Shown: positions 18,646 through 32,171, counted from the stretch's first letter. The stretch is 64,000 nucleotides of DNA from Gemmatimonadales bacterium (GCA_041577295.1 JBFGJG010000008.1:32001-96000); one strand, 5' to 3'. The notes: generated by a model not told the origin, from the sequence alone. Program-made: numbers and translations.

Positions 18646-19266
18646 TTGGATCTAGCTCTCATGACCCATCGGGCTCTTCTCGCTTCCCGTTTCTCCTTCC
18701 CCTGTCCCCGGGCCAGTATGGTCTTGCTTATCGCACTGGTCGTCTCATGGACGAGCGTCGCATTCAGCCCTGTCGCGTTGTTCGCGCAGAGTGAGCGACT
18801 GGTGATCCTCGTGCGTCACGCGGAGGCAGCCGGTGAGCCGCGCAACGACCCAGCGCTCACGGAACGCGGGATCGCCCGCGCGGATGCCCTGGCGCGGGCG
18901 CTCGACCGCACGCAAATCGGTGCGGCGATCGTGAGCTCGCTGGCGAGAACACGACTCACCGCCGAAGCGGTCACCGGGCCGCGGGGCCTGACGCCGACGG
19001 TGGCCGATGTCTCCGGTGGGCTCGAGGAGCACGTGCAGGCAGTCACCGATGCCGTGCGAGCGCAGCCACGGGGAGAGACAGTGCTTGTCGTTGGACACAG
19101 CAACACCGTCCCCATGATCATCGCGGCGCTCGGCGGCCCCCAGCTACCGGATCTCTGTCACTGGCAGTTTTCCCGTCTGTTCGTGCTCGAGATGCGCGAG
19201 GACGGCCCAGCGAATCTCGTCGTGGGATCGTACGGCGAGGAGGATGAGGAAGGAGGAGAATGCTAG
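18646..19266 (+). CDS. Secreted histidine phosphatase (SixA/PGM-like); start uncertain
   Basis: ILVRHAE, LTERGIARA, SSLARTRLTA, VVGHSNT. Confidence 0.85.
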   Translation: MDLALMTHRALLASRFSFPCPRASMVLLIALVVSWTSVAFSPVALFAQSERLVILVRHAEAAGEPRNDPALTERGIARADALARALDRTQIGAAIVSSLARTRLTAEAVTGPRGLTPTVADVSGGLEEHVQAVTDAVRAQPRGETVLVVGHSNTVPMIIAALGGPQLPDLCHWQFSRLFVLEMREDGPANLVVGSYGEEDEEGGEC

Positions 19267-19296
19267 ATAGGTCAGGCCGTTTGAACGATGGACCTT

Positions 19297-20502
19297 TCAA
19301 CCTTCCGTCTTTCCAACCACCGCCGCCACCGTCATGTCCGCGGTCACGTTCGCCGTCGTAATAAACATGTCTGGGATCAAATCGAGCGCGATCAGCAGTC
19401 CGATCCCTTCAACGGGTAGCTGGAACGCCATGTAGATGGGGGTCATGATGAACAACCCGCCGCTCGGAACCCCCGGCGAGTAAAAGCTCAGTAGCGCGAT
19501 GGCGCCGGAGATGGCGGCGATCTCGAAAATGCTGAGATCGATACCGTAGAGCTGCGCGACGAACAGCGTCCCCGTAATCCGGGCGACGGGCGACGCGTAC
19601 TTGAAGACCGACACCGCCACAGGTAGCGCCACACCTGTGACCTGCGGGGGCAGAGCCAATTCGCGTTCGGCAGCATCGAGCATGGCCGGAAGCGACGCGA
19701 GCGACGAGCGCGTGCTGAAGCCCACCGCCTGCGCCGGGGCACACGCCCGCACGAATTTGCTCAGCGGGATTCCACCCACGAATACGGCAATCGGATAGAG
19801 GGCAATCAGCGAAACCATCACTAACACGCACGCGACCAGCAGGAAGTGCCCCACCGCACCGACGAGGTCTATGCCTGTGCGCGCGGCGAGCGGAAGCACG
19901 AGACAGAACACGCCGATTGGTGCGACCGCGAGAATCCACTTCACAATGACGAACATCGCATGCGCCATCGCATCGAAGAAACCCACGAGTGGCTCCCGAC
20001 GACTCGGTTCGAGCCGTGTCACCGCGAGCGCCACGATGGCGGTGAACACAATGAGGGGCAGCATGGCACCCTCGGCGGCAGCCCGCACCGGGTTCGCAGG
20101 AATGAAATCCACGATCCAGTCGCGGAACGGTGGTAGCTGCACTTGCCCACCCGTCGAGCCCAGTGGAGCGATGGCCGAGGTATCGAACTGCGCAAGTGCA
20201 AGGAGTGGTGGAGCGACCACTGCCGCGAGTATTGCCCCCGCCAGCACCAGGCCGACGAACCACACGAGGGCGCGACCACCGATCTTCCCAACCGTACGGG
20301 CATTGCTCGACGCCACTCCCGTGATCAACAGCGACACGACCAGCGGGATCACTGTCATGCGGATGGCGTTCACCCATAGGGTGCCAAGCGGTTCGGCCAC
20401 CGCTACGACACCGAGCAACGCCGGATGCTCGACCAGCGAGATGCCTACGCCAAAGGCAAGGCCGGCGAGCAAGCCGATGAGGACCCACGCCGTGAGGGAC
20501 AT
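19297..20502 (-). CDS. Dicarboxylate/amino acid:cation symporter (DAACS)
   Basis: Multiple TMs; IPANPV, FSTRSSLASLP, DMFITTANVTAD. Confidence 0.92.
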   Translation of the reverse strand: MSLTAWVLIGLLAGLAFGVGISLVEHPALLGVVAVAEPLGTLWVNAIRMTVIPLVVSLLITGVASSNARTVGKIGGRALVWFVGLVLAGAILAAVVAPPLLALAQFDTSAIAPLGSTGGQVQLPPFRDWIVDFIPANPVRAAAEGAMLPLIVFTAIVALAVTRLEPSRREPLVGFFDAMAHAMFVIVKWILAVAPIGVFCLVLPLAARTGIDLVGAVGHFLLVACVLVMVSLIALYPIAVFVGGIPLSKFVRACAPAQAVGFSTRSSLASLPAMLDAAERELALPPQVTGVALPVAVSVFKYASPVARITGTLFVAQLYGIDLSIFEIAAISGAIALLSFYSPGVPSGGLFIMTPIYMAFQLPVEGIGLLIALDLIPDMFITTANVTADMTVAAVVGKTEG

Positions 20503-20553
20503 ATGGAGGGTGGAACGTACGATTGAAACGTCGGATACGCGATCCGGTCGCTC

Positions 20554-23505
20554 CTATCCGCCCGCGATCAACCGCTCAAAGCGCGGATGACCTTTGAGAA
20601 ACGCGTAGGTGGGATCGATCCGGAGCCAGCCCGGCGACACGAAGTACGGCACCGCCAATAACACCTCGAGTTGATCGAGTGTCTTTTCCTTGTCTCCCAA
20701 AATGGCGTACACCCGGGCCAGTTCATAACGGTTGTATGGGCCGGAGTAGGCGTCCTTCTCGATCGGAAGCAGCTCAACGGACCGTTCGCCCGCGCGAATC
20801 GCCTCGCCGCGCCGGCCAGCGTACGCCAGCGCGACGCTGTTGAGGGCGAGGAGGTAGTTGTCGTCCGGAAGGTCCCTCAGCTGCTCCTCGTAGACGTACT
20901 GCGCTGAGTCCCCGTAGGCGCGGGCGCGAGTGGTGTCACCGCGAAGCCAGTGGGTCGCGGCGAGGGCGAGAGCCCAGGCACCACGATCGTCGTCGAATGC
21001 TCCCGGTGCCAATCGAAGGAGCAGGCGCTGCTGCTCGTCGTCGAGCAACCAAAACGTATCCCATGCGCTCGCCACATGCGATACGAGTCGGGTGGGTTCG
21101 ATGTCTCGCGGCGCCCCACGGAGCACGGTGCGCCCCGCATTGAGATCGCCCTGCGCCAAGTATATCATCGCCTTGGTGTGTAGCATTGACACACTCGTCG
21201 GTGCAATTGCCAGTGCCTGGTCGACCGCCCTCAACGCTTCTTGATACCGGCGTAGCCAGAGCAATGCGTTGCCAAGGGCACCGTGTGCATTGCTCGAACG
21301 AGGATCGAGCGTTTGCGCGCGTCGTAACAATCCAATCGCCGAATCCCACCGACCCAGATTCCGTTCCGTATGGGCGCTCCCAACCAGCAGGTCGATGTGA
21401 TTGGGCGCGACGCGAAGACCCTCCTCGTAGTACCCCCGCGCTCGCGAGTGGTCGAACAGGACATCCAGGTGGTAGCTGGCGAGAGCCAGGTAGCTCTCTG
21501 GCGCGCCAGGCGCGAGCGCGCGGGCGCGTTCGGCCGCCCGTCGCGCCGCCTCGGCCGCCTCGCGCGTCGGCGTCGTGAAGTACAAAACCGTGTGCACTTG
21601 CGATAGCCGGGCCCAGGCGAGCGAAAACGTGGAGTCGAGCGCGACGGCCTGCTCGTAATGGTTAATTGCGCGGCGAAGGTCTGTCTGACCCGAAGACTGG
21701 CGTGCCTCCTCACCCTTCAGGTAGGCATCGTATGCCGCGAGGTTGTCCGTGGGCCGTGCCGTCAATGCGCGCCGCTCGGTTGCGCCAAGGGCAACGTTGA
21801 GCGCACCGACCACGCGGAGCGCAATGTCCGCCTGCACTTGGAACACATCCGTGAGCGACGCGTCGAACGCCTGATGCCACGTTGCCGATCCGGTCCGTAC
21901 GTCGATCAACTCCGGCACCACCTGTACCCGCCGCGTTCCATCCCCGGTTGTCACGGTACTCACCGTCGCGCTCAGCAGATAATTGACGCCGAGCTCCCGG
22001 CCGATCTGTGTCAGCGGCTTGCTGACCCCACGGTACTGGTCCGAACTGGCCCTCGCTGTGACCTGAAAGCCTGCGAGGGCGGTGAGCTTGCCGCGCACAT
22101 GGTCCGCGATACCGTCTGCGAAATACGCGTCGTCCGGCGCGCCTCGATTCTCAAACGGCAGGACCGCGAGGCGCACCACCTCACCTGCCACGCCCGGCTC
22201 GGTGGATGAGGGCCCTCGTACGGCCAACACAGTGGCCACCGACGCCCAGAACGCCAGCGCCACTACCCCACCCCCGATGGCGTTCCGCCAGGTGAACAAC
22301 CGCTTGAGCCCGCGTACTTCCCGTCCCGCCAGCCGCCGCGCCTCCACGCGCCGCGTCACCAACATGATGGGCGCCCCAATCGCGGCCAACCCGACAGCCA
22401 GCACAAAGACCCATGGTGGCAATCCCACCTGCTGCATCACGCCGTACAGCACCGCCAACACTCCCGCTGCCGCCACCCCAAACACCGCCGCCACCCGCGA
22501 GGCCCCAGGACCTACTACCGCCGCCGTCGTCGCCCCACTGCGCACCACATTCAATGCGCCATCCAACGCCGCTGCTAGCTCCGCCGCCGTCTGATAGCGA
22601 TCAGCCGGGCTCTTCGCCAACGCCCTCGCCACGACCCGCTCTACCGCTTCCGCCAACCCCGCCCGCGACACCCGCAACGGACGAACATCCTCCGTCAAGC
22701 TCCGCGCCAGGATCGCCTGCGGGGTCGGCCCGGTGAACGGTGGCTCCCCAGCGAGCATCTCATACAACACCCCACCCACTGCGTACACATCCGCCCGCGC
22801 ATCCACTTCCCGCGCGCCTGAGGCCTGCTCAGGGCTCATGTACTGCGGCGTTCCCACGGCCAGCCCCGTCTGTGTCAGCACCTTGGATCCGCCAACAGCT
22901 CGGGCAATGCCGAAGTCCATTACGAGCGCATGCCCCGCACTCAGCAGGACGTTGCCGGGTTTGATGTCACGATGGATGATCCCGCGCTCGTGTGCGTACG
23001 CCAACGCCTCGGCGATCTCGCGTGCCAACCGCACTGCCTCTTCCACCGGCAGCTGGTGGTCCCGGCCCAACCGCTCACGGAGTGATTCACCATCGACGTG
23101 CGGCATCACATAGAACAACACCCCCGCCTCTTCCCCTGAGTCGTGGACCGGCAGGATGTGCGGATGGCTCAACTGCGCCGCGATGTCGATCTCGCGGAGA
23201 AACCGCTCTGCCCCCACCGTGGCCGCGAGATCCGGCCGCATCACCTTGACCGCCACCCGCCGGTGATGCTTCACATCCTCTGCCAAGTACACCGTCGCCA
23301 TCCCCCCCTCCCCCAACACCCGCTCGATGCGATACCGCGCCGCCAGTGCCTCACTTACTCGGGCCACTTCAACAACCCCGGTCGCCGCGGTGCGCGGCGG
23401 TGCTTCCGGATCTGATGGCGTCGCCACACCGCAGTGCATACAAAAATGCGCCTGGTCTGGCAGCGGCGTCTGGCATGCCGGACAGGCGCGGGCGGCAGTG
23501 GTCAT
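20554..23505 (-). CDS. Ser/Thr kinase: Zn ribbon-kinase-3TM-TolB_N-like-TPR
   Basis: CPAC..CMHC; GEGGMA, VAVK, HRDIKPGN, DFG, YMSPEQ; LAVLPFEN; TPRs. Confidence 0.92.
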   Translation of the reverse strand: MTTAARACPACQTPLPDQAHFCMHCGVATPSDPEAPPRTAATGVVEVARVSEALAARYRIERVLGEGGMATVYLAEDVKHHRRVAVKVMRPDLAATVGAERFLREIDIAAQLSHPHILPVHDSGEEAGVLFYVMPHVDGESLRERLGRDHQLPVEEAVRLAREIAEALAYAHERGIIHRDIKPGNVLLSAGHALVMDFGIARAVGGSKVLTQTGLAVGTPQYMSPEQASGAREVDARADVYAVGGVLYEMLAGEPPFTGPTPQAILARSLTEDVRPLRVSRAGLAEAVERVVARALAKSPADRYQTAAELAAALDGALNVVRSGATTAAVVGPGASRVAAVFGVAAAGVLAVLYGVMQQVGLPPWVFVLAVGLAAIGAPIMLVTRRVEARRLAGREVRGLKRLFTWRNAIGGGVVALAFWASVATVLAVRGPSSTEPGVAGEVVRLAVLPFENRGAPDDAYFADGIADHVRGKLTALAGFQVTARASSDQYRGVSKPLTQIGRELGVNYLLSATVSTVTTGDGTRRVQVVPELIDVRTGSATWHQAFDASLTDVFQVQADIALRVVGALNVALGATERRALTARPTDNLAAYDAYLKGEEARQSSGQTDLRRAINHYEQAVALDSTFSLAWARLSQVHTVLYFTTPTREAAEAARRAAERARALAPGAPESYLALASYHLDVLFDHSRARGYYEEGLRVAPNHIDLLVGSAHTERNLGRWDSAIGLLRRAQTLDPRSSNAHGALGNALLWLRRYQEALRAVDQALAIAPTSVSMLHTKAMIYLAQGDLNAGRTVLRGAPRDIEPTRLVSHVASAWDTFWLLDDEQQRLLLRLAPGAFDDDRGAWALALAATHWLRGDTTRARAYGDSAQYVYEEQLRDLPDDNYLLALNSVALAYAGRRGEAIRAGERSVELLPIEKDAYSGPYNRYELARVYAILGDKEKTLDQLEVLLAVPYFVSPGWLRIDPTYAFLKGHPRFERLIAGG

Positions 23506-23616
23506 ACCACCTCGACTACCTGAAAGGGAAACAGCTACATCAGGGTGGGGCTGGCAGAAATCTCCTGCGCTCCAAGTTCCGGCGCAAGATCCTGCGGGCG
23601 ACGTCGTGGGCTCGGC

Positions 23617-26565
<2,949 letters not shown>

Positions 26566-26629
26566 GGAGCCTCGAGATGTGAGGGGAGTGGCGGTGTGCC
26601 TTAAGTATCGGCCTGACCGGGGCCAGTGG

Positions 26630-26734
26630 CAAGGACGATGGAAGGACTGAAAGTTAGAAGGATGGAAAGAGTGAAGGACTGTAGGAAGATTCCTCCAGTC
26701 CTTCCAACCTTCCCGCTCTTCCAACTTTCCATCC
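26630..26734. repeat. Degenerate 8-mer tandem tracts in inverted arrangement
   Basis: GGAAGGAY-like units followed by CCTTCCAN-like units. Confidence 0.6.
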
Positions 26735-29155
26735 TTATTCGTATTTCAACGCGATGACCGGATCTACCCTCGTTGCGCGTTGCGCCGGAATGAACGAAGC
26801 AAGCAGCCCGGTAACCGACAGCACGACGATGATCAGGAGGAATGTTAGTGGATCCAGCGGCTCGACACCAAACAGCAATACGCCCATTCCGCGGGAGAGG
26901 AAGATCGCAAGGGCAAGACCGAGCACCAATCCAACGCCCAACTGCACGACCCCCTGACGCACGATCAGACGCAACACATCCGGTCCCTGTGCACCAAGCG
27001 CCATGCGCACACCCATTTCCTTGGTGCGCTGCTCGACCGAGAAGGCCATGACGCCGTACAGCCCCACCGACGCGAGGAAAAGCGCCACGCCACCAAAGAT
27101 CACGAAGATCGTGCCAAAGACTCTAATGAACCATGAGCCCTGGCGAATGGACTCGGTAAGCGTGTCGATGAAGTAGATCGGCATATTGTCATCGATCGAC
27201 GCCACGATGTCACGGACCTCAGGCGTGATAGCCAGGGGGTCTCCCGTGGCGTGAACGGCGATACCCACCCATTCGTCGGCGTTCTGATGAAACGGGACGT
27301 AAATGCCGGCGGGCTCCTCATTTTCCGGTCCGTCGAGATACATGTCGGGCGCCACACCGACGATCGTGAGCCACGGTCGTTCCGAGCGCGAGTCCCCCAA
27401 ACGAATCCGGCGCCCGAGCGCGCTTTCACCTGGAAAGTATGTCTCGACGAAGCTCTGGTTCGCGATCGCGACCGGTAATGCATCGGCGTTGTCCTGGCGC
27501 GTGAACTCCCGACCCTCCCGCAGCGTCACTGCAAACGTGCTGAAGTAACCGGGCGTCACCGGCACCCACCGGGTCTCCGGATAGTCCTGATCTCGATCGT
27601 ACGTCGCACCCTCCACCGCAAAGCGGGACCCCAAGCTCCCAAGCCCCGGGAACGTGCGCGCGAGGGTGACGTTCCCGGCGCCGTATCGTGACTCCAATCG
27701 CGGTTGCAGCTCGTCATAGAACTGAGTTTGGCTCAGGGAGTCTGGATAGTCCGCAACCGGAAGTCCGAGCCGCGCGGTGAAAATGCTCTCCGTGCGAAAC
27801 CCGAAGTCGATGTTGCCCGCGTTGACGACGCTCTTGATCATGAGGCCAGCGGAGACCAACAGGCCAAACGACAAAGCAAGCTCCACGACCACGAGGCCCT
27901 TGCTCAGTTTGCCAATGCGTAAGCTCGAGGAGCCACGGCTTTCGTCCTTCAGCACATCGTGCACGTTGGCGCCGGACGCCTTGAGCGCGGGAACGATCCC
28001 CGCGACAACGCTCGACACGACCACCAGACCGAGCACAAACACCACCGCGGCGAAGTCGATCTTGATGTCGATCCAGAACGGCGGATCCTGATCGACAATG
28101 GCCCAGTTGAACAGCTCGACCCCCACCCAACCGAGCCCCAGGCCCAGGATGCCACCCACTATTGCAATCGCAAACGATTCGGCAAGAAGTCCCATCACCA
28201 CTCGGCCACGGCTCGCACCCAGCGCCGTGCGGATCGCAACCTCCTTCGTTCGCACCGCGGCGCGAGACAGCAGCAGGTTGGCCACGTTGGCACACGCGAT
28301 GAGCAGCACGAGGAACACGGCGAGCAACATGAAGTGGAGGACCTGCTCGGGCTCCTCACCCATGAACTCCTTGGTGTACGGCTTGATGATCACACCGATG
28401 CCCTCATTGGTCTCGGGATACTCGAGTCCGAGCCGCTGCGCAATCGCGTTGAACTCTGCGTGCGCCTGCTCGATGGTGACGTTGTCGCGAATCCTGCCGA
28501 ACACCTCTAGCGTGATCCCCTCCCCTCGCTCGATCTCTAACGGGTTCAAGCGAAGAGGGGTCCACAGGTGGTTGTCGATCGGGAACTCGAACCCTTCTGG
28601 CATGACGCCAACGACGGTCATCGTCTCGCCGTTCAACCGGACGGTGCGGCCGATCACGTCCTTGGCCCCGCCGTACCGATCGCGCCACACGTTATACCCG
28701 AGCAAGATCACGGGCTCTGCGCTGGGACTGTCCTCACCCTGCTGAAAGCCGCGCCCCAGCAAGGGCTGGACACCGAGGATATTCAGAAAGTTTGCGCTGA
28801 TGAACGTGCCGGTGTACCGCTCCGGCCTGTCTTCCGAGCCAGCGAGATAGGACGACCGCATGTAAAAAGCGGCGATGTCCTCAAACGACTTCTGCTGCGC
28901 TCGCCAGTCCAAAAAGTCGTGGATGGACACTTCCATCGACTCGATGCCCTCAGACAGGTTGCTGCGTTCGAGGTGCAACAGCTCTCGGGGCTCTTCGAAC
29001 GGCAAGCCACGGTACAGCGCGCCGTAGACGATGCTGAACATCGTGGTGGTGAGCCCGATCCCCAGGGTGAACGCGAGGACCGAGATCAGCGCTATCCCCG
29101 GGTTCTTGATGAGCATCCGCCCGCCGTACCGAATGTCTTTGAGGAGCTTTTCCAT
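26735..29155 (-). CDS. ADOP-type duplicated MacB/FtsX ABC permease
   Basis: MEKLLKDIRYGGRMLIKNPG; LLIACANVANLLL; EVAIRTALGA; EMGVRMALGA. Confidence 0.92.
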   Translation of the reverse strand: MEKLLKDIRYGGRMLIKNPGIALISVLAFTLGIGLTTTMFSIVYGALYRGLPFEEPRELLHLERSNLSEGIESMEVSIHDFLDWRAQQKSFEDIAAFYMRSSYLAGSEDRPERYTGTFISANFLNILGVQPLLGRGFQQGEDSPSAEPVILLGYNVWRDRYGGAKDVIGRTVRLNGETMTVVGVMPEGFEFPIDNHLWTPLRLNPLEIERGEGITLEVFGRIRDNVTIEQAHAEFNAIAQRLGLEYPETNEGIGVIIKPYTKEFMGEEPEQVLHFMLLAVFLVLLIACANVANLLLSRAAVRTKEVAIRTALGASRGRVVMGLLAESFAIAIVGGILGLGLGWVGVELFNWAIVDQDPPFWIDIKIDFAAVVFVLGLVVVSSVVAGIVPALKASGANVHDVLKDESRGSSSLRIGKLSKGLVVVELALSFGLLVSAGLMIKSVVNAGNIDFGFRTESIFTARLGLPVADYPDSLSQTQFYDELQPRLESRYGAGNVTLARTFPGLGSLGSRFAVEGATYDRDQDYPETRWVPVTPGYFSTFAVTLREGREFTRQDNADALPVAIANQSFVETYFPGESALGRRIRLGDSRSERPWLTIVGVAPDMYLDGPENEEPAGIYVPFHQNADEWVGIAVHATGDPLAITPEVRDIVASIDDNMPIYFIDTLTESIRQGSWFIRVFGTIFVIFGGVALFLASVGLYGVMAFSVEQRTKEMGVRMALGAQGPDVLRLIVRQGVVQLGVGLVLGLALAIFLSRGMGVLLFGVEPLDPLTFLLIIVVLSVTGLLASFIPAQRATRVDPVIALKYE

Positions 29156-29339
29156 AGAGCCGCAGTCGCCAAGGTTGGGGTGCCGGCCAGCACAAGGCTC
29201 AGAGGACGCCCAGAGCCGGGGGTGCAAGCTACCGGGATACTACGAGATCCTGAAAGGGGAGGTTTCATCATGGGGGCGGACAGACGGACTCGCGGACGGG
29301 CGAAAGGAATCAATCCGACAGACCTTCAATCGGTCCGTC

Positions 29340-30788
29340 CTACCATCCTTCCGGCTCGCTCCTGACCGCCTCTACCGTCCGCCTCGGCTCAATCTCCACC
29401 GTGATCTCCTTCCACTTGCCCTGACGGAAGCGGAGGACGCTCAGCGTGCACCGTGTGAAGTGACCCAGCAAGATGGCTAACCAGATGTCGACGGGATTGA
29501 GACCCCGGGTTGCCTGGAGCACGGCGCACATGCCGAGTGGCACGACGATCTGGGAGATGACGGAGATGTAGAAAGGTCCCTTGGTGTCGCCGGTTCCCTG
29601 AAGACCACCGGTGTAGACCAAGGCCACGCTGATGAACAAACCGGAAATGCTCAAGAACGCGAGTAGCTGCTTCCCGATGTCAACCACCACCGGGTCTTCC
29701 ATCCCAAACAGCCCGAGCAGTTGACGGGGCAGAATCAAGAACAGCAGCCCGACGAACACGGCTACCCCTATTCCGATGCGAGTGGCAGCTGCAACGGCGC
29801 CTTCGCTCCGCTCGGGCCTACGGGCGCCGAGGTTCTGTCCGGCGACGGCGGCGGTGGCAGACATGAGCCCAACCGAGGTCCACGTAATAAAGGAAAAGAG
29901 TTCGGTGTACCCCACCGCGTACGCGGCCTGCGCTTCGGCGCTGCGGTCGAGTGAGCCAACGAAGCGGAGCAGGAGTACACCGGCGACGTTCATCGCCACC
30001 CCCTGGTATCCCGTTGGCAATCCAAACCGAAACAGTGCGCGAATGATTCCAAAATCGGGTCGCCAGCTCATCGTGCGGTGCCACACGACCACGAGCTTGT
30101 CGGTGAACAGCAAGTAGATGGCGATGAGCGACACGATCGCGCCCGCGATAACCGTACCGAGGGCCGCCCCCGCGGTCCCAAATGCCGGGATCGGCCCCAG
30201 GCCGCGGATCAAGATGACGTTGAGGATGATGTTGAGGACGGTGAGGAGGATCGAAAGACGCAGTGGTGTTCGGGCGTCCCCCGCCGATCGCAGTGCGCCA
30301 CCAAGCAGGAAAAACATCAACATGCCAAAGCTGGCGACGAACATGATACGGAGATATGGCAGAGCCTCCGCCTGCACTTCCGGCGTGGCGTTGACCAGGT
30401 CGAGCAGTGAAGGCGAGAGCACCCATCCGATCGGTGCCATAATGCCGAGCGAGAGTCCAAGCGAGGCGAGAAACGCCTGATATACGGTCCGATTGACCTT
30501 GTCGCTGTCGTCCGCACCGGCGAAACGGGCCACGAGCACACCCATCCCGGTGTACAGCGACATAATGAACACGATAACGACGAGGAAGATCTGCCAGGCG
30601 ACACCGATCGCGGCATTCCCAGTGAAGCCCACGTAGTGACCGACCATGGCGTGATCGACGATCCCCTGCGCACCGCCTATCACGTTTTGCAACATGGTGG
30701 GCCAGGCAAGCTTCCATACTGCCCGGGGGATCGGGCCCTCGACGATCGAGCGATCGAAGGATTTGGCTGGTCGGGGGGGCCCGGACAT
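29340..30788 (-). CDS. MATE family efflux transporter
   Basis: EGPIPRAVWKLAWP, LRSAGDARTPL, GQNLGA, GTGDTKGP. Confidence 0.92.
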   Translation of the reverse strand: MSGPPRPAKSFDRSIVEGPIPRAVWKLAWPTMLQNVIGGAQGIVDHAMVGHYVGFTGNAAIGVAWQIFLVVIVFIMSLYTGMGVLVARFAGADDSDKVNRTVYQAFLASLGLSLGIMAPIGWVLSPSLLDLVNATPEVQAEALPYLRIMFVASFGMLMFFLLGGALRSAGDARTPLRLSILLTVLNIILNVILIRGLGPIPAFGTAGAALGTVIAGAIVSLIAIYLLFTDKLVVVWHRTMSWRPDFGIIRALFRFGLPTGYQGVAMNVAGVLLLRFVGSLDRSAEAQAAYAVGYTELFSFITWTSVGLMSATAAVAGQNLGARRPERSEGAVAAATRIGIGVAVFVGLLFLILPRQLLGLFGMEDPVVVDIGKQLLAFLSISGLFISVALVYTGGLQGTGDTKGPFYISVISQIVVPLGMCAVLQATRGLNPVDIWLAILLGHFTRCTLSVLRFRQGKWKEITVEIEPRRTVEAVRSEPEGW

Positions 30789-30840
30789 GCCCGTGGAGGA
30801 TCGCCAGGCCTGGCGATTTCAGCAAGGCGGCGAGGGGACA

Positions 30841-30968
30841 AGCAGGGAGCTGGTGTGACGGGCGGGTCCCGGGGCGGGCGTCAGTGAGCGGTCGTCCGGC
30901 TCAGATGCCAACGTGCCGAGCGAACTTTAGCCCGTGAAGGGACGTGCCCGTCACACCAGCTCCCTGCT
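30841..30968. repeat. Long-stem repeated element, copy A (REP/MITE-like or ncRNA)
   Basis: 23-bp perfect inverted arms 30841-30863/30946-30968; homologous to 32172-32288. Confidence 0.8.
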
Positions 30969-30994
30969 GCTTACTGCTTACTGCTCACCGCTTC

Positions 30995-31804
30995 TCAGTC
31001 GATCTCCAGCTCAAAGTCGTCGTCGTCCAGCTCGAACTCGACCACCTCCGACTGAAGCGCCGACAGATCGATCACGTCACTCCCCTGCCTGAACCACGAG
31101 TCGAGACGAAGATCAACCATGACGGTCACCGCATTTCCGTCGGCGATCTGAATCGGTGTGTCCGGCTCGAGCTCTACTTCGATCTCAGCGCGGAAAAACG
31201 TCGTAAAGTTCACGGGTGTTCCCAGATTCCCGTCTTGATCCTTTGGTGTAAAGGTGCCGACGACGGCCATGCTCGCCTCGGCCGGCCATGTTGGAAACCC
31301 TTCATTGTCCCGAATCTGTTGCAGCAAAGCTTGGATGATCTGTGCGTCAGCCAGGTCATCCGGATCGTCGTCGTCTACTTCGAGCTCGTCGATCTCGACC
31401 TCGAGTTCTTCGTACATGCCTTCGGGAACGTCCCGATTGAGCACGGTCACGTCGGATCCGTCCACCGGGATATCAATGAAGAAGTAGCGAATCTCGAAGT
31501 CCTCGCAGCCAGCGGGCTCCGGATCGACGTCGTCACAGTCCGTCACTTCCACCGGCTCGAGCTCAAACTCCTCGACAATCACGGCGATGCGGGTGATATC
31601 GAGTATTCCGTTATCACCCTCCACCATCAGACCCTGACGTGCTCCACCAACCGAGGTGGACGACAGCAGGTTGCTGCCCGGGCTGGCACCAACATTTCCA
31701 GCCACGCCAAAACGGATGCTCACGTTACCCGCCGGACCGGTATTCTCGCCGCAGCCCGCGAGGGCTACGGCAGCACCCAACGCAAACAAAATTAAAACGC
31801 GCAT
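30995..31804 (-). CDS. Acidic hypothetical lipoprotein
   Basis: GGAGGAG RBS; ALAGC lipobox; D/E-rich. Confidence 0.8.
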   Translation of the reverse strand: MRVLILFALGAAVALAGCGENTGPAGNVSIRFGVAGNVGASPGSNLLSSTSVGGARQGLMVEGDNGILDITRIAVIVEEFELEPVEVTDCDDVDPEPAGCEDFEIRYFFIDIPVDGSDVTVLNRDVPEGMYEELEVEIDELEVDDDDPDDLADAQIIQALLQQIRDNEGFPTWPAEASMAVVGTFTPKDQDGNLGTPVNFTTFFRAEIEVELEPDTPIQIADGNAVTVMVDLRLDSWFRQGSDVIDLSALQSEVVEFELDDDDFELEID

Positions 31805-31861
31805 GGTTCGCTCCTCCCACCGAAGGGCGCGCTGTACACAATCAATTCTCGTGGTGAACAG

Positions 31862-31904
31862 AGAGTACGCGTCCGCCAGGAATGTGTCTGTGAGGTGGGT
31901 TACA
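31862..31904 (-). promoter_or_regulatory. CRP/FNR-like site with class II promoter geometry
   Basis: TGTGA-N6-TTACA at 31889-31904; TACTCT -10 at 31867-31862. Confidence 0.5.
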
Positions 31905-32171
31905 GGGGACTAGAGTGGGAGGAATGAGTGAGCAGTGCCGAGTGATCTAGTTGCCTCGAATTATCGCACCGGTGGCCTGAAACGAGACACTGCTCCGTTT
32001 GCGGTGCTCGACGGCTGCTTGACGCTCCACACCGACCTTCGTCACAGCTCCCAGGGGGAGGAACCATGACACGCCAGGCGCTACGCCAAATCCTGCTCGT
32101 GGCGATCGCAGGGTGGGGCCTTCATCGGTTTGATGATCGGATTGTCTATTACCGAGGACTTGCGAGAGACT

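Noticed and set aside
30841..30968. tRNA, group II intron domain V or hammerhead ribozyme
   Set aside because: No cloverleaf or T-loop, no domain V geometry, no CUGAUGA/GAAA core.
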